Source of the DNA: a virus
Taxonomy: Duplodnaviria; Caudoviricetes
Strand: one strand, 5' to 3'
Virus record (IMG/VR): IMGVR_UViG_2846458514_000001
Coordinates: 4,277-68,276 of that record
DNA length: 64,000 nt
Shown: positions 9,550-19,456 of the stretch, in pieces
Numbering within the stretch: the first letter of the stretch is position 1
Layout of the letters: each line of letters opens with the position of its first letter
Notes under the pieces: model-generated
Database searches by the model: none
Told to the model about the DNA's origin: nothing
Seen by the model: only the letters and a program-made list of their open reading frames with translations
Position numbers and translations under genes: made by a program

Positions 9550-9553
9550 TGTC

Positions 9554-9982
9554 CTGTCAGCCAAGAAAAACAAAAAGCGTATCGCCGGTGGTCTAGCGCG
9601 GGCATCGGGCAGAATTGCTGCGCCGCAGTCATCCAGCGGCAGTACTGATCACCTGAAGCCCCATTTCAGTCTGGAAAACCTGCAGCCATCGCATGATATC
9701 GAATGCTGCGAGGAGAATGAGCGGGCAAGGTTCGCTATGGCAATCGCCAAACGCTCCAAATTAACGTGGAACGAACTGCGCGCATCCGGTCGTCACGGAC
9801 TTGGATACGAGAAGATCGGCCGATCATCCATGAAGGTGGCTATTCCGCCATTCATCACTGAAGAAACGCCAATAATCGCTTTTCGATGTGCGGGGATGGC
9901 GCCGATGGTCGGTTATCGGGGCGGCCGGGTTTTCTATGTCGTCTGGATTGACCGCGCGTTTGATGTGTACGATCATGGATAA
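9554..9982 (+). CDS. Putative RelE-like toxin paired with Panacea; probable CTG start
   Basis: Frame open well upstream of ATG 9737; LTWNEL...RHGLGYEKI...GYR...FYVVWID..FDVYDHG; AAGGA SD at 9541 precedes CTG 9554. Confidence 0.65.
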   Translation: MSAKKNKKRIAGGLARASGRIAAPQSSSGSTDHLKPHFSLENLQPSHDIECCEENERARFAMAIAKRSKLTWNELRASGRHGLGYEKIGRSSMKVAIPPFITEETPIIAFRCAGMAPMVGYRGGRVFYVVWIDRAFDVYDHG

Positions 9983-10015
9983 TTCGGAAACAATAATGAC
10001 ATATGGTGATATCTA

Positions 10016-10267
10016 ATGACAGAAGTTCCCGTTTGTAAAAAACGCGTTGAAGACGCCTGCATTGCAGCACTCCAAAACAGTGATGATGATTTGTTAGTTA
10101 TTTTTAATAGACTGCAAAAAATTTCAGGAATCGAAGAAATAGGACCCAAAAGAAAGGAAATAGAAATTTTATTGTTAAAAGCGCAATTATGTGAAGGAAA
10201 TATAATGAATATTTCAGATCACGATTTTCGTCTCATTGCGAGTGAATTGGAAAAGGAAAAAAATTAA
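10016..10267 (+). CDS. AT-rich hypothetical protein
   Basis: 83-aa ORF in a locally low-GC patch. Confidence 0.45.
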   Translation: MTEVPVCKKRVEDACIAALQNSDDDLLVIFNRLQKISGIEEIGPKRKEIEILLLKAQLCEGNIMNISDHDFRLIASELEKEKN

Positions 10268-10313
10268 TTCTATAAGAGTAGGACGCGCCGGACAGTTGGA
10301 CAGGAGCGCCCGA

Positions 10314-11009
10314 ATGGATGTCTGGGTCGGAAAATCGAACATCGGTCGCGCGCCCGAAAAGGCGCTGACACGTGCCGAGATGAAAACCATCGAAATGGCC
10401 GAGGTCTTCGGCATGCGTAGCGTGGAGGACGTGTCCGGTGCGGACAGGGCGCAGATGAAGGCGCTCCTGGTGGAGCACGTCAAGGCGGATGCCTTCGGGA
10501 TGAAGCAGGGCACGCATCGGGCATTGGCGTCCGCCCTGTTCGCGGAGTTCGCGGTCCTGAATCTGGATTTCGAGGAAATCGCCGCGACGGAAATGGGAGA
10601 GGCGCGCAATCAGGGCATGATCGCGGCGCAGGAGCCGGGAGCACATGTACGATGGCGTGACGCCTGCGACGGCTGTCCCAGCTGCACGGCGCTCAATGGC
10701 AAGACATTCAGGGTCGTCGCGCCGGATAGCCCGGACAGGAATGCCCGGACGGATGTCTGGGTAGGGAAATCTAATATCGGTTGCGTGCCCGGCCCGGGAT
10801 ATGGTCCAGACGATGAAGGATACGATCAGGCGTGGGCGCAGCCGCACTGGTTCCCGGCCGCAGGGCTGCAGCATGTGGGGTGCCGGGGCAACTGGTCAGC
10901 GATCCCCAAAGCCGACCCGCGCGTATCGCCGGAGTTCGTGGAATGGATGGATGAGATCCTGCGCAAGCATCATCTGAAGCCGACAAGCCCGCGCAAGATT
11001 GAGGAATAA
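10314..11009 (+). CDS. Second, N-truncated head-morphogenesis (MuF-like) paralog
   Basis: Shares EMKTIE, FGMKQG, VWVGK.NIG, PAAG.QH..CRG.W and VSPEFV.WMD.ILRKH.LKP with 6613..7824. Confidence 0.65.
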   Translation: MDVWVGKSNIGRAPEKALTRAEMKTIEMAEVFGMRSVEDVSGADRAQMKALLVEHVKADAFGMKQGTHRALASALFAEFAVLNLDFEEIAATEMGEARNQGMIAAQEPGAHVRWRDACDGCPSCTALNGKTFRVVAPDSPDRNARTDVWVGKSNIGCVPGPGYGPDDEGYDQAWAQPHWFPAAGLQHVGCRGNWSAIPKADPRVSPEFVEWMDEILRKHHLKPTSPRKIEE

Positions 11010-11041
11010 TCTGGCTGCCTCAGCTCCAATACCGCCTGGGG

Positions 11042-11569
11042 TCAGGCAGCCATGGCCTGCGGAACCGTATCCCACTCGTCCAGTTGTGTGACCTCAGCGG
11101 GTAGGGCGCGCCGGACCATCCGGATCCGTGGAGCGGTCTGGCTGGCACGTGGCTTGAGCGGGGAAAGCGATGTCACGGTTTTCGGGTCCACGCTGAAATG
11201 CGGGAAACGGTCACGCAGCGTGGTCACCACCACCATGCGCAACTGCTTGTCCGCCCACTGGCCGACTTCCTGCTTGCCATTCTCCCAACGGGAATAGGTG
11301 GCCGGGTTCATCATCAGGATCTTTGCCATATCCCCCGAAGACAGGTCCAGCACGTCGCGCAGGAACCGGATCTCCAGCGGCAGAAGGCCGGTAGGGATCA
11401 GGACACGCGCCATCGCCACGGCGGCCGCAAGTCCTTCCATGTCGGGCACGGAAACCCCGATCACTTCCCCGGTGTTTTCGTCAATTTCCTCTTCCGCGGC
11501 GTCAATCAGCGTCACCGCGTAAGGCAGCCCCAGGCCGTCTTCCTCGTACGAGGGCAGTGTTCTGAACAT
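11042..11569 (-). CDS. HTH (MqsA/XRE-like) antitoxin
   Basis: EIRFLRDVLDLSSGDMAKILMMNPATYSRWENG HTH. Confidence 0.75.
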   Translation of the reverse strand: MFRTLPSYEEDGLGLPYAVTLIDAAEEEIDENTGEVIGVSVPDMEGLAAAVAMARVLIPTGLLPLEIRFLRDVLDLSSGDMAKILMMNPATYSRWENGKQEVGQWADKQLRMVVVTTLRDRFPHFSVDPKTVTSLSPLKPRASQTAPRIRMVRRALPAEVTQLDEWDTVPQAMAA

Positions 11570-11581
11570 GAATTCTTCCTT

Positions 11582-11872
11582 TCAGCGGAGCGCCATGACC
11601 GTGATGATACGAATGATACAGACGTCATCTTTCAGAGTGACAACCACGCCTATCCGGCGACCGTCATTATCGGTCCCGACCACGCGCCAGGTTTCATCAC
11701 CGTCCAGTGGTGCTTCGATTTGATCAATGTTGCCGCGACGGAGTACGCGCTCCGCGATCAGCTTGGAGATATGGCGTTCCCGTGAACGTTTTGTCGCATG
11801 GTATGTCCATACGATCCGTGCTCCTTGCGTGATAGCGTTCTGCAATCTGCGACGTTCTGCATCGTGCGGCAC
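11582..11872 (-). CDS. DUF4258-like putative toxin
   Basis: WTYHA..R..ER.I...VLRRG...GTDNDGRRIGVVV...IITV; upstream of an HTH gene; start inferred at GTG 11872. Confidence 0.65.
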   Translation of the reverse strand: MPHDAERRRLQNAITQGARIVWTYHATKRSRERHISKLIAERVLRRGNIDQIEAPLDGDETWRVVGTDNDGRRIGVVVTLKDDVCIIRIITVMALR

Positions 11873-12008
11873 CGTTATCAAGTCCTCATCGTAAAAATAG
11901 GTATTTTTTGACGTACCGTCAAGTGGGGTTGCTTCACACGTGAGTGTCCAGCGATATGCGTCCCCGTCCAACGGTATTTCAATGGGAGACCGGTTTAAGG
12001 TCCGGGCG

Positions 12009-13592
12009 TCATGCCCGGATCGGTTCCACGTTGTCAGGTATGCCATTCAGCGAAGCTGCCCAGGCCGCAAGCTGGTCATGATGGAGGAGCGTCACATTGG
12101 TGGTGCGGGCCAATTGCTGGGCCGAGGCAGTATATCGGGCGTTGGAGACGACGGCCGCGTATTGCGCGGCATAGTGCAGGCGCGCGGCTGCGACCTGCTG
12201 GACCGCGGAATTGGGGACAGCGTTGCTGTAGAGCTTGCATTGCAGGACGATGCGGATGCCATTGCGTTCGGCTGTTACGTCGGCGCCCTGGTCCCCACTG
12301 CCGACCGTGGCGCGGGCGTTCCAGCCTTCGTTCGTGAGCACCTGGGCGCAGGCACGTTCGTAGGCATACGGGTCCATGTCGTCGCTGAACGGGATATCAC
12401 CGTTCTGGTTGGGCTGGTTGGCGGCGGCTGCCTGGATGATGGCCTTGCGGTAGTTTTCATCCAGTTGTGGATTGGCCTGACGATTGATGCCCTGCAGGGC
12501 CGGCAGCGTCCAGATGACGGTATTGAGGAAATAATCGATTTCCCGGTGCCATTTGCCGTACTGGGGCATCCCATAGTCGTCATAGGAGATGAGCTGCCAT
12601 CGTTTCAGGCCCAGTGTCCGGGCGTGATCGCGGATGGCGTCAAAGCCTGTGTTGATGCGCTGGTTGTACAGATCCTGCAGACGCTGTCTTTCTTTCTGCG
12701 CGTCTGATTTCAGTTTTCTGTCATGTTTCCCGAGTGCTGAAATCCCCATGCCCAGTATCGCGAGGAAGCCAATTCCGCCACAGACTTCGGCTGTCATGAT
12801 CAATGAATCCCAGTCCCAAAATGACGATGTATCCGCGGCAGGTTCGGAAATTTCGTCAGTGAAGGCTTTGGGATCAGGCGTATTGGGCGCAGGCCCGTCA
12901 CTGGGCTGGGGCATTGCCTGTGTCTTGGGAGCGCTGGGGAATGGATTAAAAGGCTGCGGCAAAGGAGTGCCCTGATCTTCAGCCGCTTTGGCAAGGGTGC
13001 CGATGGCGCTGGATGATCCGATCAGGGAAAATTCCACATGCCTACCATTGAACATGATTTCGACGTTGTTCTGTTTGGTCAGGTCATGGATGACGGCGGG
13101 GAGGTCTGACGCTGAGATCGACTTGGCAAAGATGGTAGCGGTATTATCGTTGATACTTGAATTGAACCTGAAAGGGTAATCGCGTCGTGCGAGTGGCAGG
13201 TCGATCTTCAGGTCGGGAAAGAGGAGGGAAAAATCATACACATCTGGCCGCAGGGCAATACCTGTCAGAACGACCTCCTGCGTCGAGGGCAACACCACGA
13301 CAGCGAGTTCGACATCAGAAGATTTTGAACTGGTTATCAGAATATTGGAGTTTTTGAGACGCTGTGTGAGCCAGTTACCCGGCGGGCTGTATAGACCGCC
13401 AGTTCGTGTGATGGGCGGTAGTGTTTCGCTGTCGTCCGAGGGCATGGCATCCAAGGGCGTGGCAACGGAATCAGCGTGGGCTCCGGCAGCTGAGAAAAGA
13501 AGTATGGCGGCAGCCAAGCCAACAACGTGTCGCAGTCTTGTCGTCAAGGTTCCCAGCCCCCGATGTTCTGCATGTCCGATATCACAGAACAT
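12009..13592 (-). CDS. Membrane-anchored protein with a C-terminal Mrr-type nuclease domain
   Basis: Signal peptide, extracytoplasmic domain, Pro-rich linker, TM helix; PYAYE...SGDQGAD...LQCK...AVQQV...YTASA Mrr_cat motif. Confidence 0.8.
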   Translation of the reverse strand: MFCDIGHAEHRGLGTLTTRLRHVVGLAAAILLFSAAGAHADSVATPLDAMPSDDSETLPPITRTGGLYSPPGNWLTQRLKNSNILITSSKSSDVELAVVVLPSTQEVVLTGIALRPDVYDFSLLFPDLKIDLPLARRDYPFRFNSSINDNTATIFAKSISASDLPAVIHDLTKQNNVEIMFNGRHVEFSLIGSSSAIGTLAKAAEDQGTPLPQPFNPFPSAPKTQAMPQPSDGPAPNTPDPKAFTDEISEPAADTSSFWDWDSLIMTAEVCGGIGFLAILGMGISALGKHDRKLKSDAQKERQRLQDLYNQRINTGFDAIRDHARTLGLKRWQLISYDDYGMPQYGKWHREIDYFLNTVIWTLPALQGINRQANPQLDENYRKAIIQAAAANQPNQNGDIPFSDDMDPYAYERACAQVLTNEGWNARATVGSGDQGADVTAERNGIRIVLQCKLYSNAVPNSAVQQVAAARLHYAAQYAAVVSNARYTASAQQLARTTNVTLLHHDQLAAWAASLNGIPDNVEPIRA

Positions 13593-13630
13593 TTCGAGAG
13601 CGGGTTAACGGGATGGCATGGCAGGGATGC

Positions 13631-13792
13631 TTATGCTGGATGCTCTTGTTCTGCTTGGAGCCCTAACTGGATAAGGCGTCGCGCAGCTTCCGCGCGTGTT
13701 GGAAGATCAGGCTGTTGCCTGCGCCACTCATCTATTTGATCGCCGAGTGCTGGCGGTAGCCGCAGTTCAAATCGGGTTGGTTTCTGCTCCAT
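13631..13792 (-). CDS. 53-aa ribbon-helix-helix regulator
   Basis: MEQKPTRFELRLPPALGDQIDEWRRQQPDLPTRAEAARRLIQLGL; translated by hand, below the ORF-track cutoff. Confidence 0.75.
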   Translation of the reverse strand: MEQKPTRFELRLPPALGDQIDEWRRQQPDLPTRAEAARRLIQLGLQAEQEHPA

Positions 13793-13932
13793 GACAAAAT
13801 CAAATACGGCAGATACGTATCATCCGTCAATTATGTTTGACAGCTCATGTTCGCGCCGGTAGCTACGTAGCAACCGGCGGAAGCGTTGTGACCGCTTCCG
13901 CCGGTCTAACCAACCGCAAGGGGATATGGCCC

Positions 13933-14727
13933 ATGCCACCGGCTGATCATTTTCATAACATTTCCAAGGGGCGTTCGTCGCCTACTCTGTTTGACAGCAT
14001 TGCGCCTGACACTGGCGATGCCGCTTCCCTTACTATGTCCAGTCGTGAGATTGCTGACCTCACGGGGAAAAAGCATCTTCATGTGGTCCGTGATATCGAA
14101 AAGATGCTCAAGGACATCATGCAGCCTGTAGAGGGGTATATCCAAACTTGGATACACCCCCAGAATGGCAGAGAATACCGCGAATTTCTGCTTCCCAAAA
14201 ACCTGACCCTCAACCTCATCACCGGCTACCGGGCGGACATGCGGCTGAAAATCATCGACCGCTGGCTTGAACTGGAGGCCTCGACGTCGCCCACTCCGGA
14301 CCCGCGCGTGCCGCGCACCCTGTCGGAGGCGCTGCGCCTTGCGGCCGACCAGCAGGACCGGATTGCGGCGCAGGCGGACACGATCGCGCAGCAGCAGGTG
14401 CGGATCGAACATGATGCGCCCAAGGTGTCCGCGCTGGCACGCATTGCGGGGACCGAGGGGTCGATCGACATGCGGCAGGCGGCGAAGAACCTGCAGGTCA
14501 AGCCGATCCTGTTGCGCAATTTCATGCGCGACCGGCGCTGGATCTACCGCAAGGGCGAGCACTGGTTGGCCTACCAGACCAAGCTGGACAGTGGCCTGCT
14601 GGAGCACAAGCTGGTCACCCTGCATCAGGAATCAGGGAGGACGAAGATTGTGACCCGCCTGCGGGTGACCGCGAAAGGCATCTCCCGCCTGGGGGAGATG
14701 TTGCACGGATGGGGGGCGGCACGATGA
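13933..14727 (+). CDS. Rha-N / ANT(KilAC) phage antirepressor
   Basis: TMSSREIADLTGK.H.HV.RDI N-domain; PRTLSEALRLAAD; C-domain AAKNL...WIYR...AYQ...VTAKG. Confidence 0.85.
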   Translation: MPPADHFHNISKGRSSPTLFDSIAPDTGDAASLTMSSREIADLTGKKHLHVVRDIEKMLKDIMQPVEGYIQTWIHPQNGREYREFLLPKNLTLNLITGYRADMRLKIIDRWLELEASTSPTPDPRVPRTLSEALRLAADQQDRIAAQADTIAQQQVRIEHDAPKVSALARIAGTEGSIDMRQAAKNLQVKPILLRNFMRDRRWIYRKGEHWLAYQTKLDSGLLEHKLVTLHQESGRTKIVTRLRVTAKGISRLGEMLHGWGAAR

Positions 14728-15086
14728 GCGCCGATACCACGATGCCGCCCGGCCTGCTGGCGGCGAACTATCCCCTCTCCTTCCTCGCGCCACTGTGGAC
14801 GCTGACGCAGGAGGCCGCGGCGCGGCTGGAGGCGATGCTGTCGCGCCCGGACGCGGAGGACTGGCGCGACGACGAGCTGACGCAGGTCTTTGCGGAGATG
14901 AAGGCCGTCGAGCGCGACATCATGGACACCGCATCGCCCACGTTCGGGGGCGTCATGCTGAAAATCGGCGTGGTGCGGGTATTGTCCCGCAACCCGGACT
15001 GTCTTGATCTGGTGCGCGATATGGTGGCATCGATTGAGGATGACATGCGGCGTCTGCTGGCGGAGGGGTCGGATCACGGAACGTAA
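14724..15086 (+). CDS. Hypothetical helical protein
   Basis: ATGA-coupled; C-terminal half resembles 41061..41372. Confidence 0.6.
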   Translation: MSADTTMPPGLLAANYPLSFLAPLWTLTQEAAARLEAMLSRPDAEDWRDDELTQVFAEMKAVERDIMDTASPTFGGVMLKIGVVRVLSRNPDCLDLVRDMVASIEDDMRRLLAEGSDHGT

Positions 15087-15156
15087 CCCGACCTGATCCC
15101 CCTTCCCGCTCCCCCGTCACAGCGGGGGAGCACCCAGATACGAACAGGATTTCGAG

Positions 15157-16113
15157 ATGAACCAGATTATTGTTCCGACCCAGCCCGACACCGCCATCGC
15201 CATCGTGCCGTCCGCGCGCGCGCGCCGCTTCATCCTGGAGGCCGAGGCCCCGAGCACGCGCCGCGCCTACATGACCGACATCAACACCTTCACCACCTGG
15301 TGCACGGCGCGCGGGGTCAGTTCCCTGCCCGCCGCGCCGGAGACGGTGGCCAACTTCATCGCGGATTCAGCGGAGCAGGGCCTGCGTCCGTCCACGATCG
15401 GGCGGCGGGTGGCGGCCATCCGTTACCTGCACCGGCTGGCGGACGAGGAGACACCGACCCGGTCCGAACTGGTGTCCAAGACGCTGAAGGGCATCCGGCG
15501 GGAGATGGGCGGTGCCCCGGACCGCAAGGCCGCCGCCACGGCGGATATCGTGGAGCGCATGATCGACACCTGCGATGACAGCCTGAAGGGGCTGCGCGAC
15601 CGGGCGATCCTCGCATTGGGCTTTGCCGGGGCGTTCCGGCGCAGCGAGCTGGTCGCGCTGCGTGTGGAGGACCTGTCGCGCACGGATGACGGATACCGGG
15701 TGCTGATCCGCAAGTCGAAGACCGACCAGGAGGGACAGGGCCAGACCATCGCGATCCCGCGCGGCAACCGCCTGCGCCCTGGCCCAGCCATTGAGGCATG
15801 GATGGCGGCGGCCGGGATCGAAAGTGGCCCCCTGTTCCGCCGCGTGCGCCGGGGCGGCAAGGTCGGCGCGCAGCCCCTGCGCCCGGCGGCCGTGGCGGAG
15901 ATCGTGAAGGAGCGGTGCCTGTTGATCAACGAAGACCCGGCGCAGTTTTCGGGGCATTCCCTGCGGTCAGGGTTCCTGACCAGCGCGGCGCGCGCCGGGG
16001 CGACGATTTTCAAGATGCGCGACGTCAGTCGGCACAAAAGTCTGGAGACGCTGAACGCGTATGTGCGGGATGCGGATCTGTTCAGGAACCATGCGGGTTC
16101 GGCGTTTTTGTGA
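15157..16113 (+). CDS. Cre/TnpS-like tyrosine recombinase
   Basis: Complete catalytic set: FRRSE, KSKTDQ, GHSLRSG, RHKS, AYVR; N-terminal TRRAY domain. Confidence 0.92.
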   Translation: MNQIIVPTQPDTAIAIVPSARARRFILEAEAPSTRRAYMTDINTFTTWCTARGVSSLPAAPETVANFIADSAEQGLRPSTIGRRVAAIRYLHRLADEETPTRSELVSKTLKGIRREMGGAPDRKAAATADIVERMIDTCDDSLKGLRDRAILALGFAGAFRRSELVALRVEDLSRTDDGYRVLIRKSKTDQEGQGQTIAIPRGNRLRPGPAIEAWMAAAGIESGPLFRRVRRGGKVGAQPLRPAAVAEIVKERCLLINEDPAQFSGHSLRSGFLTSAARAGATIFKMRDVSRHKSLETLNAYVRDADLFRNHAGSAFL

Positions 16114-16178
16114 GGATGCTTTGGCGACTGTATGGAGTTGCGGTCGTACAGGGCCAATAAATGGGATTTTAGTCAGGT

Positions 16179-16940
16179 ATGGATTGGACTGTTACGGGGC
16201 CTAGTGGTTCTGCGCCACTGCATGTGCATGCGATTTCACATGAAAATTGGTTTATGTGGGTAATTCATAATTTTGCGCCACTTATTGCTGTGTTGTTTAC
16301 AGGAGGAATCGCGATATGGGTTGCCTCTCGTGCGCGGGCGATAGCTACAGAACAGAAAGAAATTGCAAGGGAGAAATATATACTTGATCTCTTCGATAAA
16401 AGAATAGAGATATTTGACAATATATGCAGTATGGTTTCTGATATTTCTGTTATGGAAGACGATAAAGATATTGAAGAATTTATTACTTCAGATTCTGTAA
16501 AGAATACTGGCATATTAATTATTAAATCAGAATTTTATTTTAATAAAGACGTGAAGAGAGAATTCGGCATTATCTATAATAAATGTAGAGATTATTATAA
16601 TAAGTTTTATCAAAGCAAAAAAGAAAAAAGTTTTGTATTTAGCGAACAAGAAAAGGATAAGTTTAGAAAGGAAATGGCAATAGTTTTGAATACTAAACTT
16701 CCGATGATATTTAGACCTTATGCTCCGGATGTTGCGCGGTTCCACAATCGCGAGAAAAAAACAAAAACTTTCTGGTCTTTCAACCTGCTTAAGTTTCGGA
16801 AGTATATCGTGACGATATCCTTCCGGGATGCAGGTATTCCGCAATGTGAAGCAGAAGCTGGTGCTGATCGGCGCCAGCCTTCTAAAGGCCCTGGCTCCGG
16901 GGGAGCGGTGGCTGACGGTTCATCCCAACGGCCGGGATGA
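16179..16940 (+). CDS. AT-rich membrane protein (moron-like)
   Basis: One N-terminal TM helix followed by QKEIAREKY.LDLFDKR; markedly low GC. Confidence 0.6.
   Translation: MDWTVTGPSGSAPLHVHAISHENWFMWVIHNFAPLIAVLFTGGIAIWVASRARAIATEQKEIAREKYILDLFDKRIEIFDNICSMVSDISVMEDDKDIEEFITSDSVKNTGILIIKSEFYFNKDVKREFGIIYNKCRDYYNKFYQSKKEKSFVFSEQEKDKFRKEMAIVLNTKLPMIFRPYAPDVARFHNREKKTKTFWSFNLLKFRKYIVTISFRDAGIPQCEAEAGADRRQPSKGPGSGGAVADGSSQRPG
16806..16821 (+). promoter_or_regulatory. Late-promoter motif ATCGTGACGA-TATCCT
   Basis: ATG 16828 lies 6 nt downstream; no SD. Confidence 0.65.
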
Positions 16941-19050
16941 CAAGGGTGTGCATGTCCTTGTGCAGGTGCAGAAGGACGGCAGTGCCAAGGTGATCGGAGG
17001 CGCGGGCGGGGCGTTGAACCACCTGCGCCTGACCGGCGTGCGCAGCGAGGCCCAGTACCGCGAAGAAGCGGCCCAGCGGGCGCAGGAGCATCGCGCGCGG
17101 GAGAAAGAACGGCGCAAGGCCGACCGTGAAAAGGGCCTGACCCCCTCCAAGGACGAAGCCACCCACGCCGTGCGGGCGCAGGAACGCGCGCATGAGGACG
17201 CGTTCGTCAAACAGGTGGGCGATGCCCTGGGCTGGACCGAGGCCGAGACACGGTTTCCCGAGGAACAGTTCAGCGGCGCGACCGAAGCGGAGAAGACCCG
17301 GGCGCGCAACGCGCATGCGCAGATGCTGTTGTCCCGCGCGCGGGAGGCGGTGGGCATGCAGCGCAAGCGACTGCTGGCGGATGCGGACCTGCGGCGCAAG
17401 GCCGGGCTGGGCGAAGTGCCGATGGCGTCGGAGAGCGACCAGACCATCAGCATGCAGGATCTGGACCCGTCCGCGCCGTCGGGGGCCGGGCTTGGTTTCA
17501 CCGCGCATTACCGCGACCGGGCGGAGGCGAACGGCCTGACGCCGGAGGGGCTGGAGCAGGAGGTCAACGAAGCGCGGGAGGCCTCCCTGCCCGAAGGCCT
17601 CCCGAAGGTGACAGCGGACCGGATCGGGCGCGAACTGGACAAGGTGCGCGAGAACCCGCCGCCGCTGAAGGCGGGGTGGGAGATTGACGGCAGGCGGGCG
17701 ATCGACCTGCTGCGCGCGGAAAAGACCCTGAAGACGGCAAAGGCCGACGCGCGGAAAAAACTGCGCGAAATTTCCACGTCCGAGGCTCCCGTCGAGCCCA
17801 AGTCCTTCGTCATCGAGGCGGAGCCGGCCAGCCACGGCGCGGTGGCGGCGGACATCGAGAAGGACCTGCGCACTATCGGCACGCGGTCCTTCCTGAACGA
17901 GGCCAGCCGCATGGGCGGCCGGGAGGCGCTGGAACGCCATGTTGCGTCCGGGGCCTACAACGCCATGAACGCCCTGTCGCTGGCCAGCACGGGCGCATCG
18001 CAGATGGACCGGTCCGTGGTGGACGTGCTGGGCGTCGCGGGCGCGGCGCAGGTGCTGGCGCAGCGGATGCATGGCGACCTGTCGCCCGGGGACATGGCCG
18101 ACGCCGCCACGGCGATGGAGAGGTTCCACACCGACCATTACATGGACACGTCACGCCGAGCGCTGGCCGATGCGCGGGAAATGCACGACCAGGCGCAGGC
18201 CATCGACCTTTCGCCCGCCATGGACGCCTCGGACCTGACCGTTGCGCAGGAACTCAACACGAAGCGCAAGGATCTGGTCAGCGGGGCGCAGCGCAGGCTT
18301 GGCACTGCCTATGGCGAGATGGAGGCCAACGCCGCCATGGTCATGGCCATGAAGCAGGGGCGCAAGGATCACGTCCAGGTGCCGATGGGCAAGACCTCCC
18401 TGGAAACCGCGATCGTGCAGCTGCATGCGCTGGGCCTGCAGAAGGGCGATTACGAGGTGGGCAAGGCGGGGGCATCCACCATCGTCACGCTGAACCGGTC
18501 GGGCATCGAGCGCCTGACGAAACCTGTCGATCCGCAGGATCTGGCGCATGTGCGCGGGGCGCTCGACATCATCGAGGGGCGGCACGACGAGGATGGATGG
18601 CTGCCCCATGGCGTGGCCAACCGGCCAGATATGGCGATGGACAGCCAGCCGGGCATGCTGCCGCGCCTGGCCGCGCCCTATGCCACCCCGGACGATACGA
18701 CGTCGGTTGAGGGGCACGAGGCGGCGATCCGTTCGTTCATCGGCAGTCGTATTGCCGACGGGGAAACCCCGGCGAAGGCGCTGGCCGACCTGCTGTCGGA
18801 AACGACCATGCGGCGCGCGGGCGACCGGCAGGCCTTCATGCAGGCGCTGGGGCGGCAGGCCCCCCAGTATGACGCCGCCGGGAACATGGTCCGGGCGGAG
18901 GAGCATCGCCCCCGTTTCGAGGAAATGGCGGATGAGCATGTCGCCTCCCTCGGGGGGGCACGGACATCCCTGCAGCGTCAGAATTTCCCGGTGGACGAGA
19001 CATCTGTGGATGCTCTGCATCGCGCGCTGGCGGAGCATCCAGACGGGGCG
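16828..19050 (+). pseudogene. Large head-region protein, apparently truncated at ~19050
   Basis: Protein-like with GC3 bias up to HPDG, then shadow-like sequence; starts with LLKA..GERWLTVHPNG. Confidence 0.55.
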
Positions 19051-19423
19051 GCTGGCCAGCGAACTGGCAGCCGCTCGCGCAGAGAATGCCGGCGAGATGG
19101 TCAAGGCCCTGTCTGGCATGCAGTCGCTGCTGCGGCTGGTGAAGGATCAGGACACGGTCATCAAGTCCCTGTCCGATCGTCTCGATACGTTCGGCGCGCA
19201 GGGCCGCGGGCGCGCTTCGGTCCTGAGCATCATGGAAAAGAGCCAGCCTGCCGGTGCCCCGGCGCAGCCGCAGGGCGCGTCGCGGGCCGAAATCATGCAG
19301 GCATCGATGCAGGCCATGAAGAAGGGCCTCATCTCGGCCGTGGACGTGTCGATGATCGAAGGGTGCCTGAACCAGGGCGCTGAAATCCCCGAACCCCTCG
19401 TCAAGGCGATTCAGTCCGTCTGA
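19050..19423 (+). pseudogene. C-terminal remnant of a scaffold-like gene upstream of the capsid gene
   Basis: Coding signal switches frame at ~19050; coiled coil with MVKA, VIKS, MEKS, LVKA motifs and GRGRAS. Confidence 0.55.
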
Positions 19424-19456
19424 CGTCGGCCTGATCACAGCAAGGAAATAACGATC

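Noticed and set aside
15079-15093. LexA box upstream of the recombinase (GAAC-GTAACCC-GACC)
   Set aside because: Second half-site is mismatched, so it cannot be supported.
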